Below, piece by piece: positions 1 to 13,360 of a stretch of DNA of 64,000 nucleotides (position 1 is its first letter; every line of letters begins with the position of its first letter). The notes under the pieces are model-generated. The model did not search any database. It was given only the letters and a program-made list of their open reading frames with translations, and was not told the origin of the DNA. Source of the stretch: Eledone cirrhosa (taxonomy: Eukaryota); assembly GCA_964016885.1 (NCBI GenBank), contig OZ024758.1, positions 39,494,001 to 39,558,000 on the forward strand, given 5' to 3'. Made by a program: the position numbers and the translations under genes.

Positions 1-439
1 TACTTCTGACAACTAATACCATGACTTAAATGAATTCTCACCAACAGTGGAGTTACTTCTGACAAACTAATACCATGAACTTAAATGAATTCTCACCAAC
101 AGTGGAGTTACTTCTGACAGCTAGTACCATGAACTTAAATGAATTCTCACCAACATTGGGGTTACTTCTGACAGCTAGTACCATGAACTTAAATGAATTC
201 TCACCAACAGTGGAGTGACTTCTGACAGCTAATACCATGAACTTAAATGAATTCTCACCAACATTGGAGTTACTTCTGACAGCTAGTACCATGAACTTAA
301 ATGAATTCTCACCAACATTGGGGTTACTTCTGACAGCTAGTACCATGAACTTAAATGAATTCTCACCAACAGTGGAGTGACTTCTGACAGCTAATACCAT
401 GAACTTAAATGAATTCTCACCAACATTGGAGTTACTTCT

Positions 440-3400
440 GACAGCTAATACCATGACTTAAATGAATTCTCACCAACAGTGGAGTTACTTCTGACAGCTA
501 ATACCATGAACCTAAATGAATTCTCACCAACATTGGAGTTACTTCTGACAGCTAGTACCATGACTTAAATGAATTCTCACCAACATTGGAGTTACTTCTG
601 ACAGATAATACCATGACTTAAATGAATTCTCACCAACAGTGGAGTTGCTTCTGACAGCTAATACCATGAACTTAAATGAATTCTCACCAACAGTGGAGTT
701 ACTTCTGACAGCTAGTACCATGAACTTAAATGAATTCTCACCAACAGTGGAGTTACTTCTGACAGCTAATACCATGAACTTAAATGAATTCTCACCAACA
801 TTGGAGTTACTTCTGACAGCTAATACCATGACTTGAATGAATTCTCACCAACATTGGAGTTACTTCTGACAGCTAGTACCATGAACTTAAATGAATTCTC
901 ACCAGCAGTGGAGTTACTTCTGACAGCTAATACCATGAACTTAAATGAATTCTCACCAACAGTGGAGTTACTTCTGACAGCTAATACCATGAACTTAAAT
1001 GAATTCTCACCAACAGTGGAGTTACTTCTGACAGCTAATACCATGAACTTAAATAAATGAATTTTCACCAACATTGGAGTTACTTCTGACAGCTAGTACC
1101 ATGACTTAAATGAATTCTCACCAACATTGGAGTTACTTCTGACAGCTAGTACCATGATTAAATGAATTCTCACCAACTATGGAGTTACTTCTGACAGCTA
1201 ATACCATGACTTAAATGAATTCTCACCAACAGTGGAGTTACTTCTGACAGCTAATACCATGAACTTAAATGAATTCTCACCAACAGTGGAGTTACTTCTG
1301 ACAGCTAATACCATGAACTTAAATGAATTCTCACCAACAGTGGAGTTACTTCTGACAGCTAGTACCATGAACTTAAATGAATTCTCACCAACATTGGGGT
1401 TACTTCTGACAGCTAGTACCATGAACTTAAATGAATTCTCACCAACATTGGAGTTACTTCTGACAGCTAATACCATGACTTAAATGAATTCTCACCAACA
1501 GTGGAGTTACTTCTGACAGCTAATACCATGAACCTAAATGAATTCTCACCAACATTGGAGTTACTTCTGACAGCTAGTACCATGACTTAAATGAATTCTC
1601 ACCTACATTGGAGTTACTTCTGACAGATAATACCATGACTTAAATGAATTCTCACCAACAGTGGAGTTGCTTCTGACAGCTAATACCATGAACTTAAATG
1701 AATTCTCACCAACAGTGGAGTTACTTCTGACAGCTAGTACCATGAACTTAAATGAATTCTCACCAACAGTGGAGTTACTTCTGACAGCTAATACCATGAA
1801 CTTAAATGAATTCTCACCAACATTGGAGTTACTTCTGACAGCTAATACCATGACTTGAATGAATTCTCACCAACATTGGAGTTACTTCTGACAGCTAGTA
1901 CCATGAACTTAAATGAATTCTCACCAGCAGTGGAGTTACTTCTGACAGCTAATACCATGAACTTAAATGAATTCTCACCAACAGTGGAGTTACTTCTGAC
2001 AGCTAATACCATGAACTTAAATGAATTCTCACCAACAGTGGAGTTACTTCTGACAGCTAGTACCATGAACTTAAATGAATTTTCACCAACATTGGAGTTA
2101 CTTCTGACAGCTAGTACCATGACTTAAATGAATTCTCACCAACATTGGAGTTACTTCTGACAGCTAGTACCATGATTAAATGAATTCTCACCAACTATGG
2201 AGTTACTTCTGACAGCTAATACCATGACTTAAATGAATTCTCACCAACAGTGGAGTTACTTCTGACAGCTAATACCATGAACTTAAATGAATTCTCACCA
2301 ACAGTGGAGTTACTTCTGACAGCTAATACCATGAACTTAAATGAATTCTCACCAACAGTGGAGTTACTTCTGACAGCTAGTACCATGAACTTAAATGAAT
2401 TCTCACCAACATTGGGGTTACTTCTGACAGCTAGTACCATGAACTTAAATGAATTCTCACCAACATTGGAGTTACTTCTGACAGCTAATACCATGACTTA
2501 AATGAATTCTCACCAACAGTGGAGTTACTTCTGACAGCTAATACCATGAACCTAAATGAATTCTCACCAACATTGGAGTTACTTCTGACAGCTAGTACCA
2601 TGACTTAAATGAATTCTCAACTACATTGGAGTTACTTCTGACAGATAATACCATGACTTAAATGAATTCTCACCAACAGTGGAGTTGCTTCTGACAGCTA
2701 ATACCATGAACTTAAATGAATTCTCACCAACAGTGGAGTTACTTCTGACAGCTAGTACCATGAACTTAAATGAATTCTCACCAACAGTGGAGTTACTTCT
2801 GACAGCTAATACCATGAACTTAAATGAATTCTCACCAACATTGGAGTTACTTCTGACAGCTAATACCATGACTTGAATGAATTCTCACCAACATTGGAGT
2901 TACTTCTGACAGCTAGTACCATGAACTTAAATGAATTCTCACCAGCAGTGGAGTTACTTCTGACAGCTAATACCATGAACTTAAATGAATTCTCACCAAC
3001 AGTGGAGTTACTTCTGACAGCTAATACCATGAACTTAAATGAATTCTCACCAACAGTGGAGTTACTTCTGACAGCTAATACCATGAACTTAAATGAATTT
3101 TCACCAACATTGGAGTTACTTCTGACAGCTAGTACCATGATTAAATGAATTCTCACCAACAATGGAGTTACTTCTGACAGCTAATACCATGACTTAAATG
3201 AATTCTCACCAACAGTGGAGTTACTTCTGACAGCTAATACCATGAACTTAAATGAATTCTCACCAACATTGGGGTTACTTCTGACAGCTAGTACCATGAA
3301 CTTAAATGAATTCTCACCAACAGTGGAGTGACTTCTGACAGCTAATACCATGAACTTAAATGAATTCTCACCAACATTGGGGTTACTTCTGACAGCTAGT

Positions 3401-5420
3401 ACCATGAACTTAAATGAATTCTCACCAACAGTGGAGTGACTTCTGACAGCTAATACCATGAACTTAAATGAATTCTCACCAACATTGGAGTTACTTCTGA
3501 CAGCTAATACCATGACTTAAATGAATTCTCACCAACAGTGGAGTTACTTCTGACAGCTAATACCATGAACCTAAATGAATTCTCACCAACATTGGAGTTA
3601 CTTCTGACAGCTAGTACCATGACTTAAATGAATTCTCACCAACATTGGAGTTACTTCTGACAGATAATACCATGACTTAAATGAATTCTCACCAACAGTG
3701 GAGTTGCTTCTGACAGCTAATACCATGAACTTAAATGAATTCTCACCAACAGTGGAGTTACTTCTGACAGCTAGTACCATGAACTTAAATGAATTCTCAC
3801 CAACAGTGGAGTTACTTCTGACAGCTAATACCATAAACTTAAATGAATTCTCACCAACATTGGAGTTACTTCTGACAGCTAATACCATGACTTGAATGAA
3901 TTCTCACCAACATTGGAGTTACTTCTGACAGCTAGTACCATGAACTTAAATGAATTCTCACCAGCAGTGGAGTTACTTCTGACAGCTAATACCATGAACT
4001 TAAATGAATTCTCACCAACAGTGGAGTTACTTCTGACAGCTAATACCATGAACTTAAATGAATTCTCACCAACAGTGGAGTTACTTCTGACAGCTAATAC
4101 CATGAACTTAAATGAATTTTCACCAACATTGGAGTTACTTCTGACAGCTAGTACCATGACTTAAATGAATTCTCACCAACATTGGAGTTACTTCTGACAG
4201 CTAGTACCATGATTAAATGAATTCTCACCAACTATGGAGTTACTTCTGACAGCTAATACCATGACTTAAATGAATTCTCACCAACAGTGGAGTTACTTCT
4301 GACAGCTAATACCATGAACTTAAATGAATTCTCACCAACAGTGGAGTTACTTCTGACAGCTAATACCATGAACTTAAATGAATTCTCACCAACAGTGGAG
4401 TTACTTCTGACAGCTAGTACCATGAACTTAAATGAATTCTCACCAACATTGGGGTTACTTCTGACAGCTAGTACCATGAACTTAAATGAATTCTCACCAA
4501 CATTGGAGTTACTTCTGACAGCTAATACCATGACTTAAATGAATTCTCACCAACAGTGGAGTTACTTCTGACAGCTAATACCATGAACCTAAATGAATTC
4601 TCACCAACATTGGAGTTACTTCTGACAGCTAGTACCATGACTTAAATGAATTCTCACCTACATTGGAGTTACTTCTGACAGATAATACCATGACTTAAAT
4701 GAATTCTCACCAACAGTGGAGTTGCTTCTGACAGCTAATACCATGAACTTAAATGAATTCTCACCAACAGTGGAGTTACTTCTGACAGCTAGTACCATGA
4801 ACTTAAATGAATTCTCACCAACAGTGGAGTTACTTCTGACAGCTAATACCATGAACTTAAATGAATTCTCACCAACATTGGAGTTACTTCTGACAGCTAA
4901 TACCATGACTTGAATGAATTCTCACCAACATTGGAGTTACTTCTGACAGCTAGTACCATGAACTTAAATGAATTCTCACCAGCAGTGGAGTTACTTCTGA
5001 CAGCTAATACCATGAACTTAAATGAATTCTCACCAACAGTGGAGTTACTTCTGACAGCTAATACCATGAACTTAAATGAATTCTCACCAACAGTGGAGTT
5101 ACTTCTGACAGCTAATACCATGAACTTAAATGAATTTTCACCAACATTGGAGTTACTTCTGACAGCTAGTACCATGATTAAATGAATTCTCACCAACAAT
5201 GGAGTTACTTCTGACAGCTAATACCATGACTTAAATGAATTCTCACCAACAGTGGAGTTACTTCTGACAGCTAATACCATGAACTTAAATGAATTCTCAC
5301 CAACATTGGGGTTACTTCTGACAGCTAGTACCATGAACTTAAATGAATTCTCACCAACAGTGGAGTGACTTCTGACAGCTAATACCATGAACTTAAATGA
5401 ATTCTCACCAACAGTGGAGT
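440..5420. repeat. 19-monomer higher-order repeat (1,018-1,019 bp), ~5 copies, two sub-types
   Basis: The same variant series (AACCTAAA, ACAGATAAT, GAGTTGCT, ACTTGAATG, CCAGCAGT, AATTTTCA, ATGATTAA) recurs. Matching ORFs start at 639, 1661, 2679, 3698 and 4716 (offsets 1022/1018/1019/1018). In the 1661-2679 unit I count six 53-mers and one 52-mer: 19x54-8=1018. Confidence 0.92.
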
Positions 5421-8400
5421 TACTTCTGACAAACTAATACCATGAACTTAAATGAATTCTCACCAACAGTGGAGTTACTTCTGACAGCTAGTACCATGAA
5501 CTTAAATGAATTCTCACCAACAGTGGAGTTACTTCTGACAGCTAATACCATGAACTTAAATGAATTCTCACCAACAGTGGAGTTACTTCTGACAGCTAAT
5601 ACCATGAACTTAAATGAATTCTCACCAACATTGGAGTGACTTCTGACAGCTAATACCATGAACTTAAATGAATTCTCACCAACATTGGAGTTACTTCTGA
5701 CAGCTAATACCATGAACTTAAATGAATTCTCACCAACAATGGAGTTACTTCTGACAGCTAGTACCATGAACTTAAATGAATTCTCACCAACAGTGGAGTT
5801 ACTTCTGACAGCTAATACCATGAACTTAAATGAATTCTCACCAACATTGGAGTGACTTCTGACAGCTAGTACCATGAACTTAAATGAATTCTCACCAACA
5901 GTGGAGTTACTTCTGACAGCTAGTACCATGAACTTAAATGAATTCTCACCAACAGTGGAGTTACTTCTGACAGCTAGTACCATGAACATAAATGAATTCT
6001 CACCATCAGTGGAGTTCCTTCTGACAGCTAATACCATGAACTTAAATGAATTCTCACCAACAGTGGAGTTACTTCTGACAGCTAGTACCATGACTTAAAT
6101 GAATTCTCACCAACAATGGAGTTACTTCTGACAGCTAATACCATGACTTAAATGAATTCTCACCAACAGTGGAGTTACTTCTGACAGCTAATACCATGAA
6201 CTTAAATGAATTCTCACCAACATTGGAGTGACTTCTGACAGCTAATACCATAAACTTAAATGAATTCTCACCAACATTGGAGTTACTTCTGACAGCTAAT
6301 ACCATGAACTTAAATGAATTCTCACCAACAGTCGAGTTACTTCTGACAGCTAATACCATGAACTTAAATGAATTCTCACCAACATTGGAGTTACTTCTGA
6401 CAGCTAGTACCATGAACTTAAATGAATTCTCACCAACAGTGGAGTTACTTCTGACAGCTAATACCATGAACTTAAATGAATTCTCACCAACAGTGGAGTT
6501 TCTTCTGACAGCTAATACCATGAACTTAAATGAATTCTCACCAACATTGGAGTTACTTCTGACATCTAGTACCATGACTTAAATGAATTCTCACCAACAG
6601 TGGAGTTACTTCTGACAGCTAATACCATGAACTTAAATGAATTCTCACCAGCAGTGGACTTCCTTCTGACAGCTAATACCATGAACTTAAATGAATTCTC
6701 ACCAACATTGGAGTTACTTCTGACAGCTAGTACCATGACTTAAATGAATTCTCACCAACATTGGAGTTACTTCTGACAACTAATACCATGACTTAAATGA
6801 ATTCTCACCAACAGTGGAGTTACTTCTGACAAACTAATACCATGAACTTAAATGAATTCTCACCAACAGTGGTGTTACTTCTGACAGCTAGTACCATGAC
6901 TTAAATGAATTCTCACCAACAATGGAGTTACTTCTGACAGCTAATACCATGACTTAAATGAATTCTCACCAACAGTGGAGTTACTTCTGACAGCTAATAC
7001 CATGAACTTAAATGAATTCTCACCAACAGTGGAGTTACCTCTGACAGCTAGTACCATGAACTTAAATGAATTCTCACCAACATTGGAGTTCCTTCTGACA
7101 GCTAATACCATGAACTTAAATGAATTCTCACTAACATTGGAGTTACTTCTGACAGCTAGTACCATGAACTTAAATGAATTCTCACCAACAGTGGAGTTAC
7201 TTCTGACAGCTAATACCATGAACTTAAATGAATTCTCACCAACAGTGGCGTTCCTTCTGACAGCTAATACCATGAACTTAAATGAATTCTCACCAACAGT
7301 GGAGTTACTTCTGACAGCTAGTACCATGACTTAAATGAATTCTCACCAACAGTGGAGTTACTTCTGACAGCTAGTACCATGAACTTAAATGAATTCTCAC
7401 CAACATGGAGTTCTTTCTGACAGCTAATACCATGAACTTAAATGAATTCTCACCAACAGTGGAGTTACTTCTGACAGCTAATACCATGAACTTAAATGGA
7501 TTCTCACCAACAGTGGAGTTACTTCTGACAGCTAATACCATGAACTTAAATGAATTCTCACCAACAGTGGAGTTACTTCTGACAGCTAATACCATGAACT
7601 TAAATGAAATCTCACCAACATTGGAGTGACTTCTGACAGCTAATACCATGAACTTAAATGAATTCTCACCAACATTGGGGTTACTTCTGACAGCTAGTAC
7701 CATGAACTTAAATGAATTCTCACCAACAGTGGAGTGACTTCTGACAGCTAATACCATGAACTTAAATGAATTCTCACCAACAGTGGAGTTACTTCTGACA
7801 AACTAATACCATGAACTTAAATGAATTCTCACCAACAGTGGAGTTACTTCTGACAGCTAGTACCATGAACTTAAATGAATTCTCACCAACAGTGGAGTTA
7901 CTTCTGACAGCTAATACCATGAACTTAAATGAATTCTCACCAACAGTGGAGTTACTTCTGACAGCTAATACCATGAACTTAAATGAATTCTCACCAACAT
8001 TGGAGTGACTTCTGACAGCTAATACCATGAACTTAAATGAATTCTCACCAACATTGGAGTTACTTCTGAGAGCTAATACCATGAACTTAAATGAATTCTC
8101 ACCAACAGTGGAGTTACTTCTGACAGCTAGTACCATGAACTTAAATGAATTCTCACCAACAGTGGAGTTACTTCTGACAGCTAATACCATGAACTTAAAT
8201 GAATTCTCACCAACATTGGAGTGACTTCTGACAGCTAGTACCATGAACTTAAATGAATTCTCACCAACAGTGGAGTTACTTCTGACAGCTAGTACCATGA
8301 ACTTAAATGAATTCTCACCAACAGTGGAGTTACTTCTGACAGCTAGTACCATGAACTTAAATGAATTCTCACCAACAGTGGAGTTACTTCTGACAGCTAA

Positions 8401-11400
8401 TACCATGAACTTAAATGAATTCTCACCAACAGTGGAGTTACTTCTGACAGCTAATACCATGAACTTAAATGAATTTTCACCAACATTGGAGTTACTTCTG
8501 ACAGCTAGTACCATGACTTAAATGAATTCTCACCAACATTGGAGTTACTTCTGACAGCTAGTACCATGATTAAATGAATTCTCACCAACTATGGAGTTAC
8601 TTCTGACAGCTAATACCATGACTTAAATGAATTCTCACCAACAGTGGAGTTACTTCTGACAGCTAGTACCATGAACTTAAATGAATTCTCACCAACAGTG
8701 GAGTTACTTCTGACAGCTAATACCATAAACTTAAATGAATTCTCACCAACATTGGAGTTACTTCTGACAGCTAATACCATGACTTGAATGAATTCTCACC
8801 AACATTGGAGTTACTTCTGACAGCTAGTACCATGAACTTAAATGAATTCTCACCAGCAGTGGAGTTACTTCTGACAGCTAATACCATGAACTTAAATGAA
8901 TTCTCACCAACAGTGGAGTTACTTCTGACAGCTAATACCATGAACTTAAATGAATTCTCACCAACAGTGGAGTTACTTCTGACAGCTAATACCATGAACT
9001 TAAATGAATTTTCACCAACATTGGAGTTACTTCTGACAGCTAGTACCATGACTTAAATGAATTCTCACCAACATTGGAGTTACTTCTGACAGCTAGTACC
9101 ATGATTAAATGAATTCTCACCAACTATGGAGTTACTTCTGACAGCTAATACCATGACTTAAATGAATTCTCACCAACAGTGGAGTTACTTCTGACAGCTA
9201 ATACCATGAACTTAAATGAATTCTCACCAACAGTGGAGTTACTTCTGACAGCTAATACCATGAACTTAAATGAATTCTCACCAACAGTGGAGTTACTTCT
9301 GACAGCTAGTACCATGAACTTAAATGAATTCTCACCAACATTGGGGTTACTTCTGACAGCTAGTACCATGAACTTAAATGAATTCTCACCAACATTGGAG
9401 TTACTTCTGACAGCTAATACCATGACTTAAATGAATTCTCACCAACAGTGGAGTTACTTCTGACAGCTAATACCATGAACCTAAATGAATTCTCACCAAC
9501 ATTGGAGTTACTTCTGACAGCTAGTACCATGACTTAAATGAATTCTCACCTACATTGGAGTTACTTCTGACAGATAATACCATGACTTAAATGAATTCTC
9601 ACCAACAGTGGAGTTGCTTCTGACAGCTAATACCATGAACTTAAATGAATTCTCACCAACAGTGGAGTTACTTCTGACAGCTAGTACCATGAACTTAAAT
9701 GAATTCTCACCAACAGTGGAGTTACTTCTGACAGCTAATACCATGAACTTAAATGAATTCTCACCAACATTGGAGTTACTTCTGACAGCTAATACCATGA
9801 CTTAAATGAATTTTCACCAACATTGGAGTTACTTCTGACAGCTAGTACCATGATTAAATGAATTCTCACCAACAATGGAGTTACTTCTGACAGCTAATAC
9901 CATGACTTAAATGAATTCTCACCAACAGTGGAGTTACTTCTGACAGCTAATACCATGAACTTAAATGAATTCTCACCAACATTGGGGTTACTTCTGACAG
10001 CTAGTACCATGAACTTAAATGAATTCTCACCAACAGTGGAGTGACTTCTGACAGCTAATACCATGAACTTAAATGAATTCTCACCAACAGTGGAGTTACT
10101 TCTGACAAACTAATACCATGAACTTAAATGAATTCTCACCAACAGTGGAGTTACTTCTGACAGCTAGTACCATGAACTTAAATGAATTCTCACCAACAGT
10201 GGAGTTACTTCTGACAGCTAATACCATGAACTTAAATGAATTCTCACCAACAGTGGAGTTACTTCTGACAGCTAATACCATGAACTTAAATGAATTCTCA
10301 CCAACATTGGAGTGACTTCTGACAGCTAATACCATGAACTTAAATGAATTCTCACCAACATTGGAGTTACTTCTGACAGCTAATACCATGAACTTAAATG
10401 AATTCTCACCAACAGTGGAGTTACTTCTGACAGCTAGTACCATGAACTTAAATGAATTCTCACCAACAGTGGAGTTACTTCTGACAGCTAATACCATGAA
10501 CTTAAATGAATTCTCACCAACATTGGAGTGACTTCTGACAGCTAGTACCATGAACTTAAATGAATTCTCACCAACAGTGGAGTTACTTCTGACAGCTAGT
10601 ACCATGAACTTAAATGAATTCTCACCAACAGTGGAGTTACTTCTGACAGCTAGTACCATGAACATAAATGAATTCTCACCATCAGTGGAGTTCCTTCTGA
10701 CAGCTAATACCATGAACTTAAATGAATTCTCACCAACAGTGGAGTTACTTCTGACAGCTAGTACCATGACTTAAATGAATTCTCACCAACAATGGAGTTA
10801 CTTCTGACAGCTAATACCATGACTTAAATGAATTCTCACCAACAGTGGAGTTACTTCTGACAGCTAATACCATGAACTTAAATGAATTCTCACCAACATT
10901 GGAGTGACTTCTGACAGCTAATACCATAAACTTAAATGAATTCTCACCAACATTGGAGTTACTTCTGACAGCTAATACCATGAACTTAAATGAATTCTCA
11001 CCAACAGTGGAGTTACTTCTGACAGCTAATACCATGAACTTAAATGAATTCTCACCAACATTGGAGTTACTTCTGACAGCTAGTACCATGAACTTAAATG
11101 AATTCTCACCAACAGTGGAGTTACTTCTGACAGCTAATACCATGAACTTAAATGAATTCTCACCAACAGTGGAGTTTCTTCTGACAGCTAATACCATGAA
11201 CTTAAATGAATTCTCACCAACATTGGAGTTACTTCTGACATCTAGTACCATGACTTAAATGAATTCTCACCAACAGTGGAGTTACTTCTGACAGCTAATA
11301 CCATGAACTTAAATGAATTCTCACCAGCAGTGGACTTCCTTCTGACAGCTAATACCATGAACTTAAATGAATTCTCACCAACATTGGAGTTACTTCTGAC

Positions 11401-13108
11401 AGCTAGTACCATGACTTAAATGAATTCTCACCAACATTGGAGTTACTTCTGACAACTAATACCATGACTTAAATGAATTCTCACCAACAGTGGAGTTACT
11501 TCTGACAAACTAATACCATGAACTTAAATGAATTCTCACCAACAGTGGTGTTACTTCTGACAGCTAGTACCATGACTTAAATGAATTCTCACCAACAATG
11601 GAGTTACTTCTGGCTTGCTAATACCATGACTTAAATGAATTCTCACCAACAGTGGAGTTACTTCTGACAGCTAATACCATGAACTTAAATGAATTCTCAC
11701 CAACAGTGGAGTTACTTCTGACAGCTAGTACCATGAACTTAAATGAATTCTCACCAACATTGGAGTTCCTTCTGACAGCTAATACCATGAACTTAAATGA
11801 ATTCTCACTAACATTGGAGTTACTTCTGACAGCTAGTACCATGAACTTAAATGAATTCTCACCAACAGTGGAGTTACTTCTGACAGCTAATACCATGAAC
11901 TTAAATGAATTCTCACCAACAGTGGCGTTCCTTCTGACAGCTAATACCATGAACTTAAATGAATTCTCACCAACAGTGGAGTTACTTCTGACAGCTAGTA
12001 CCATGACTTAAATGAATTCTCACCAACAGTGGAGTTACTTCTGACAGCTAGTACCATGAACTTAAATGAATTCTCACCAACATGGAGTTCTTTCTGACAG
12101 CTAATACCATGAACTTAAATGAATTCTCACCAACAGTGGAGTTACTTCTGACAGCTAATACCATGAACTTAAATGGATTCTCACCAACAGTGGAGTTACT
12201 TCTGACAGCTAATACCATGAACTTAAATGAATTCTCACCAACAGTGGAGTTACTTCTGACAGCTAATACCATGAACTTAAATGAAATCTCACCAACATTG
12301 GAGTGACTTCTGACAGCTAATACCATGAACTTAAATGAATTCTCACCAACATTGGGGTTACTTCTGACAGCTAGTACCATGAACTTAAATGAATTCTCAC
12401 CAACAGTGGAGTGACTTCTGACAGCTAATACCATGAACTTAAATGAATTCTCACCAACAGTGGAGTTACTTCTGACAAACTAATACCATGAACTTAAATG
12501 AATTCTCACCAACAGTGGAGTTACTTCTGACAGCTAGTACCATGAACTTAAATGAATTCTCACCAACAGTGGAGTTACTTCTGACAGCTAATACCATGAA
12601 CTTAAATGAATTCTCACCAACAGTGGAGTTACTTCTGACAGCTAATACCATGAACTTAAATGAATTCTCACCAACATTGGAGTGACTTCTGACAGCTAAT
12701 ACCATGAACTTAAATGAATTCTCACCAACATTGGAGTTACTTCTGACAGCTAATACCATGAACTTAAATGAATTCTCACCAACAGTGGAGTTACTTCTGA
12801 CAGCTAGTACCATGAACTTAAATGAATTCTCACCAACAGTGGAGTTACTTCTGACAGCTAATACCATGAACTTAAATGAATTCTCACCAACATTGGAGTG
12901 ACTTCTGACAGCTAGTACCATGAACTTAAATGAATTCTCACCAACAGTGGAGTTACTTCTGACAGCTAGTACAATGAACTTAAATGAATTCTCACCAACA
13001 GTGGAGTTACTTCTGACAGCTAGTACCATGAACTTAAATGAATTCTCACCAACAGTGGAGTTACTTCTGACAGCTAATACCATGAACTTAAATGAATTCT
13101 CACCAACA
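3750..13108. repeat. ~4.9-kb tandem segmental duplication, with a 216-bp (4-monomer) deletion in the second copy
   Basis: Offset 4892 for ORFs 3879/8771, 4253/9145, 4658/9550 and for the CCATAAAC variant at 3831/8723. The offset then becomes 4676-4677 for 5420/10096, 6135/10811, 6941/11618, 7371/12048 and 7789/12466. Confidence 0.85.
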
Positions 13109-13360
13109 TTGGAGTGACTTCTGACAGCTAGTACCATGAACTTAAATGAATTCTCACCAACAGTGGAGTTACTTCTGACAGCTAGTACCATGAACTTAAA
13201 TGAATTCTCACCAACAGTGGAGTTACTTCTGACAGCTAGTACCATGAACTTAAATGAATTCTCACCAACAGTGGAGTTCCTTCTGACAGCTAATACCATG
13301 AACTTAAATGAATTCTCACCAACAGTGGAGTTACTTCTGACAGCTAGTACCATGACTTAA
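12488..13360. repeat. 4-monomer (216-bp) sub-periodic run; related runs start at 5442, 7811, 10118, 17710, 21693 and 28791
   Basis: The TTGGAGTGA variant falls on every fourth monomer. Plus-strand ORFs start at 12488, 12704, 12920 and 13136, exactly 216 apart. Confidence 0.85.
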
